Shown in pieces: positions 60,013 to 64,000 of a DNA stretch of 64,000 bases. Under the pieces are notes generated by a model that was not told the DNA's origin, did no database searches, and saw only the letters and a program-made list of their open reading frames with translations. Numbering within the stretch: the first letter of the stretch is position 1; each line of letters begins with the position of its first letter. The stretch is taken from the NCBI GenBank assembly GCA_963726515.1, contig CAVSCW010000019.1, forward strand, positions 20,727-84,726. Direction: 5' to 3'. The position numbers were made by a program, and so were the translations under genes. The DNA comes from an uncultured Actinomycetota bacterium. Its GTDB lineage: Bacteria > Actinomycetota > Actinomycetes > Propionibacteriales > Nocardioidaceae.

Positions 60013-60903
60013 TCACGGACCCGCGGGCCACGCGTGCAGGTCGCCGGTGTCCGCGATCCTCCGCAGGAGCTCGTCGGCCCGCCGCGCGACCGGGTTGGCG
60101 TCGGCCCGTGCCGCCAGGTCCACCAGCGCCCAGAGGTCGGCGGCGCGGGCACCCTCGAGCAGCACGTCGACGCTCCCGCCGCGGCAGGTGGTCCACGCCT
60201 CGAGGACCGCCTCGACATAGGCCGGGTGCCGCTCGAAGCGCAGCAGGTTGCCCACGTCGGTCCACGGGTGACCGGCATGGGCGAACTCCCAGTCGAGCAC
60301 CGCGGTGAGCTCGAGGGAGACCGGGTCGACGAGCACGTTCTTGGGGTTGAGGTCGCTGTGCACCACGCAGGTGCGGTCCATGCCGTCCAGGACGTCCTGG
60401 GCGTCGCGGGCCAGGTCCGCGAGCCGGGACCGGTCGGCCGTGGGCCAGGCCTCGAGGCGTGCCTCCACCCACGCCGGCAGGTCGGGCTCGGGGAACCGGC
60501 CGATGGAGAGTCCCCCATCGACGAACGGGCCGGGGCGCAGCACCGGCATGCCCGCCAGCGTGGCGGCCGCGTGGCCCAGGGACCTCCCGAAGCGGGCCCA
60601 CCCGTCGTCGTCGAGCCCGGCGCCGAGGACGTCGCCCCGCTCCCCCGGCATCCACGACGTCACGAGCAGCCCGGGCTGAGCGGCGGCGGGGTCCTCACGG
60701 CGTACGTCGACCACGCCGGGCACCGGCAGCAGCCCACGCACCAGGCGCAGGAGGGCCGCATCGATCTCCGGCGCCTCGGCCCCCCGGTCGTCACCGGGAG
60801 GGTAGATCCGCACCACGGCCCGCTCTCCGGCGACCTCGCCGACGAAGGTCCGACCGGAGTGACCGCCTGCCAGCGGGGTCAACGAGGCGTCGAGGTTGTC
60901 CAC
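60013..60903 (-). CDS. aminoglycoside phosphotransferase-like kinase
   Basis: GGHSG, VHSDLNPKN Brenner motif, LDWEFA. Confidence 0.85.
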   Translation of the reverse strand: MDNLDASLTPLAGGHSGRTFVGEVAGERAVVRIYPPGDDRGAEAPEIDAALLRLVRGLLPVPGVVDVRREDPAAAQPGLLVTSWMPGERGDVLGAGLDDDGWARFGRSLGHAAATLAGMPVLRPGPFVDGGLSIGRFPEPDLPAWVEARLEAWPTADRSRLADLARDAQDVLDGMDRTCVVHSDLNPKNVLVDPVSLELTAVLDWEFAHAGHPWTDVGNLLRFERHPAYVEAVLEAWTTCRGGSVDVLLEGARAADLWALVDLAARADANPVARRADELLRRIADTGDLHAWPAGP

Positions 60904-61076
60904 CCGGGGATGGTGACACGTCCCGGCGGATGTGGGTTCAAGGGAGGGCCCCCTCTCAATGGTCAATGTTTGTGTCACCTTTCATCCGTCCGTTCGTTGC
61001 CCCTGTTAGATCATCCGTAGCCGTCACGTAGATCTCCCGAGGATTTGCGGCCGTGCCTTCATCACTAGGGGAACAG

Positions 61077-63026
61077 ATGCACCCACCACAGCACCGCCGG
61101 CCGTCCCACCGGTTCACCCGAGGGGCCGCGGTCGCCCTGGCCGTCACCCTCCCGGGGTCACTGCTGGGCCTCGCGCAGTCACCGGCCACGGCCGCTGCGC
61201 TGCCGGCCGCCTACTCCGGCAGCGCCGACGCCGACATCGTCGGCCTGAGCGCCGACCTGCTGTCGCCTGTCGGAGGAACTCTCGCGGCCGCGACGATCGG
61301 GCACAGCGAGAGCTCCGCGACGAGCGCAACCACGGGCTCCGGTGGGTCCACGGCTCGCTCCGCGAACCTGGAGGCCAGCCTGCTCTTCGGCGGGCTGCCG
61401 GTCCCCGTGGACTCCGAGACGGTCAGCGCGCCTCCCTCCGCCGACCCGGGTCCGCGCACCCTGGCCCCGCTGTCCCTGGCGCCCGTCGCCACCATCGGCG
61501 TGCTCGAGGGCGACGTGCAGGCGGCCTGGGCCGGCGGCACCGCCTGCGTGCCGGCCGTGTCGGGCACCCGGACCCTGTCCCACTCCAGCACGACGCTCGC
61601 AGGCGCCACCGTGGCAAGCCTCCCCGGCATCGGCACCCTGGCCGACGTGGCCGCGTCACGGACCCAGACGGGCACCTATCTCCTCGACGACGGCATCGGC
61701 GGATCGGACGTCGTCTCGAGGGCCACGACCACCGTCGGTGACATCGACCTGCTCGGGGGCCAGGTGAGTGTCGAGGTGACCAGCCCGGTCGTCCTGGAGG
61801 CTCGCTCCGACGGCACGACCGGCACCGCGGGCTTCGCCAGTCCGCCGACCGTCGTGGCGACCGTGTCGGGCACTCCGGTCACGATCCCGCTCAACGGCCA
61901 GCCGCAGACCATCGCGGTGCCGGGCCAGCCCTTGGTGGACCTGACCATCACCGCGTTCCAGCCGACCGGCCAGTCCTCCGGCGCGACCGGCAAGGGCACG
62001 CTCGACGCCCTCGCCCGCATCGACCTCGAGGTGCTGAGCCTTCCGGCCCCGCTCGGCGTCAAGGTCGCCGACGTGTCGCTCGCGGTCGCGTCGATGGCTG
62101 TCGAGGCCACCGCTCCCAGCGGCGGCGTCGACTGTGGTGCGGTTCCCTCCCCCGGCCCCACCGGAGCCCTCGACATCACCGCCCCCGCACAGGGGACCGT
62201 GGTCACCGACAGCACCCCCGCCATCTCCGGCACCGGCACGCCCGGCGCCAAGGTCACGGTCGTCGAGGGGACCACGGTCCTGTGCACCACCGTCGTCCGC
62301 AAGAACGGCACCTGGACCTGCTCCCCGGGCACCCCGCTGGCTGCCGGCCCGCACACGGTGACCGCCACCCAGACGAAGAAGGGCACCACCCGTGCCACGG
62401 ACTCGACCGCCTTCACGGTCGTCCCGGACCCCGACGACCTGGACGGGGACGGCCTGCCCAACAGCGAGGAGTCAGCCCAGGGCACCGACCCCCACGACCC
62501 CGACACCGACGGTGACGGTCTCATCGACGGCGACGAGGTCACGACCCACGGCACCGACCCGACCGTCAAGGACACCGACAAGGACGGCCTGTCCGACGGC
62601 AGGGAGGTCACGGGCGTCACGATCCGCGAGCGCTTCGAGGTCTGCGGCAAGAAGACCCGCACATCGCTCAGGGTCAGGACCAACCCGCTGCGCAAGGACA
62701 CCGACAAGGACGGGCTCCGCGACGGCAAGGAGGTCAAGGGCTACCGGATCAAGCAGCGTGTCACGACCCGCGCCGGATCGTTCGTGATCGGCAGGACCCG
62801 GTCCAACCCCACCACGAAGGACACCGACCGCGACGGCCTGAAGGACACGGTCGAGAGGACCGGCAAGGCCAACAAGCGCTTCGGCAGGGCCAAGAGCGAT
62901 CCCAGCAAGTGCGACACCGACCAGGGAGGCATCTCCGACGGCGCCGAGATCAAGGCTCGCTCCAACCCGTCGGACGTGAAGTCCGGACCGCGTCGGCCGT
63001 TGGGTCGCGTCGGCCTCGGCGGCTGA
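61077..63026 (+). CDS. large secreted protein: beta-rich N-domain, bacterial Ig-like domain, Ca-binding D-T-D-x-D-G repeats
   Basis: Signal peptide ending PATA; ITAP...TP.ISGTG.PG...GTWTC...GPHTVTATQ; repeated DTDxDGL.DG.E. Confidence 0.85.
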   Translation: MHPPQHRRPSHRFTRGAAVALAVTLPGSLLGLAQSPATAAALPAAYSGSADADIVGLSADLLSPVGGTLAAATIGHSESSATSATTGSGGSTARSANLEASLLFGGLPVPVDSETVSAPPSADPGPRTLAPLSLAPVATIGVLEGDVQAAWAGGTACVPAVSGTRTLSHSSTTLAGATVASLPGIGTLADVAASRTQTGTYLLDDGIGGSDVVSRATTTVGDIDLLGGQVSVEVTSPVVLEARSDGTTGTAGFASPPTVVATVSGTPVTIPLNGQPQTIAVPGQPLVDLTITAFQPTGQSSGATGKGTLDALARIDLEVLSLPAPLGVKVADVSLAVASMAVEATAPSGGVDCGAVPSPGPTGALDITAPAQGTVVTDSTPAISGTGTPGAKVTVVEGTTVLCTTVVRKNGTWTCSPGTPLAAGPHTVTATQTKKGTTRATDSTAFTVVPDPDDLDGDGLPNSEESAQGTDPHDPDTDGDGLIDGDEVTTHGTDPTVKDTDKDGLSDGREVTGVTIRERFEVCGKKTRTSLRVRTNPLRKDTDKDGLRDGKEVKGYRIKQRVTTRAGSFVIGRTRSNPTTKDTDRDGLKDTVERTGKANKRFGRAKSDPSKCDTDQGGISDGAEIKARSNPSDVKSGPRRPLGRVGLGG

Positions 63027-63114
63027 CTCCTGCACGGATCGGCTGGCTCCGACCGAGGTGCCGGCGCACCGGACAGCTTCATGTCCGGTGCGCCGGCACC
63101 ACTACGCTCCGGGG

Positions 63115-63936
63115 GTGGACGATCATCTGCCGCAGTCCGTCCGGGTCGAGCGGCGCCCCGTCTCCGAGCGTGAGTCGCGGCGCGCCAACGGGCCCGACTG
63201 GGACCGCTACGCCGACGAGTACCAGGCCACGCACGGCACCTTCCTCGGTGACGCCGGGTTCGTGTGGGGTCCCGAGGGCCACACCGAGGAGGAGCTGCAG
63301 GTCCTGGGCGACGTGGGCGGCCTCGACGTCCTCGAGGTCGGCAGCGGAGCCGGCCAGTGCTCGCGCTGGGTCCGCACCCGCGGTGGACGCGGCTTCGGCC
63401 TGGACCTCTCCCACCGCCAGCTCCAGCACGCGCTCCGCCTCGACGAGGAGACCGGCGTATCGGTCCCGTCGGTGCGCGGCACCGCCACCGAGCTCCCCTT
63501 CGCCCCACAGAGCTTCGACGTCGTCTTCTGCTCCTTCGGCGCGCTCCAGTTCGTCAGCGACATCGACGACGCGGTCGCGGAGGTGGCCCGGGTCCTGCGA
63601 CCCGGTGGACGCTTCGCGTTCTCGATCACCCACCCGACCCGGTGGATGTTCCCCGACGACCCGGGCGACGCCGGGCTGACCGCCACCCAGTCCTACTGGG
63701 ACCGCACCCCCTACGTCGAGATCGACGACGCCACGGGAGTGGTGTCCTACGTCGAGCACCACCGCACGCTGGGCGACTGGGTACGCCTGCTGGCGGGCCA
63801 CGGCTTCACGCTGGCCGACCTCGTCGAACCGGAGTGGCCCGAGCACCACGACCGGGTGTGGGGCGGCTGGTCACGCGCTCGCGGGCTGCTGACTCCGGGG
63901 ACGGCGATCTTCGTCGCGCACCTGGCGCGCAGCTGA
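63115..63936 (+). CDS. class I SAM-dependent methyltransferase
   Basis: VLEVGSGAG, LDLS, LPF..SFD, RVLRPGG, THP, EPEWP. Confidence 0.9.
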   Translation: MDDHLPQSVRVERRPVSERESRRANGPDWDRYADEYQATHGTFLGDAGFVWGPEGHTEEELQVLGDVGGLDVLEVGSGAGQCSRWVRTRGGRGFGLDLSHRQLQHALRLDEETGVSVPSVRGTATELPFAPQSFDVVFCSFGALQFVSDIDDAVAEVARVLRPGGRFAFSITHPTRWMFPDDPGDAGLTATQSYWDRTPYVEIDDATGVVSYVEHHRTLGDWVRLLAGHGFTLADLVEPEWPEHHDRVWGGWSRARGLLTPGTAIFVAHLARS

Positions 63937-64000
63937 GTCCTCGCGGGTCCGGCTCCGCGCCCAGCCGGCGAGCAGCGAGGCCGGGTTGACCTGCGCCCAC

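Noticed and set aside
60013-60903. Aminoglycoside resistance gene
   Set aside because: Only generic APH-fold motifs in a core-genome context; substrate unknown.

Overview
High-GC actinobacterial chromosome segment, most consistent with Nocardioides/Propionibacteriales (inferred from gene order, not from a search). It is largely conserved core genome. In order: the end of a beta-ketoadipate cluster (pcaC/L-F-I-J), a TRAM RNA methyltransferase, a KimA-like APC permease with two TrkA genes, the dut/DUF3710/DUF3159/DUF4193/suhB/hemH block, sepH, tdk, a Pat-type acetyltransferase, both topoisomerase IV subunits, an LprG/P55-like pair, a GMC oxidoreductase-ALDH operon, principal sigma factor sigA/hrdB, dinB, pxpABC, an HrdD-like sigma factor, coaE and rpsA. 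No transposase, integrase, phage gene, tRNA, rRNA or CRISPR array was found. The most unusual features are: (1) a ~400-bp palindrome built from two inverted tandem arrays of 31-bp units upstream of coaE, plus smaller paired palindromes elsewhere spaced at about multiples of 31 bp; (2) a sulfurtransferase carrying an in-frame N-terminal MazG-like domain, next to tdk; (3) a structured non-coding insert with a candidate promoter splitting pxpA from pxpBC; (4) a 21-aa mini-ORF coupled by ATGA overlaps on both sides (MIRU-like); (5) a 52-aa membrane micro-protein behind four AdpA-like boxes. Two genes have apparent single-base frameshifts that may be assembly errors. Many start codons were trimmed by eye from the ORF track, and family names come from motif recognition only.
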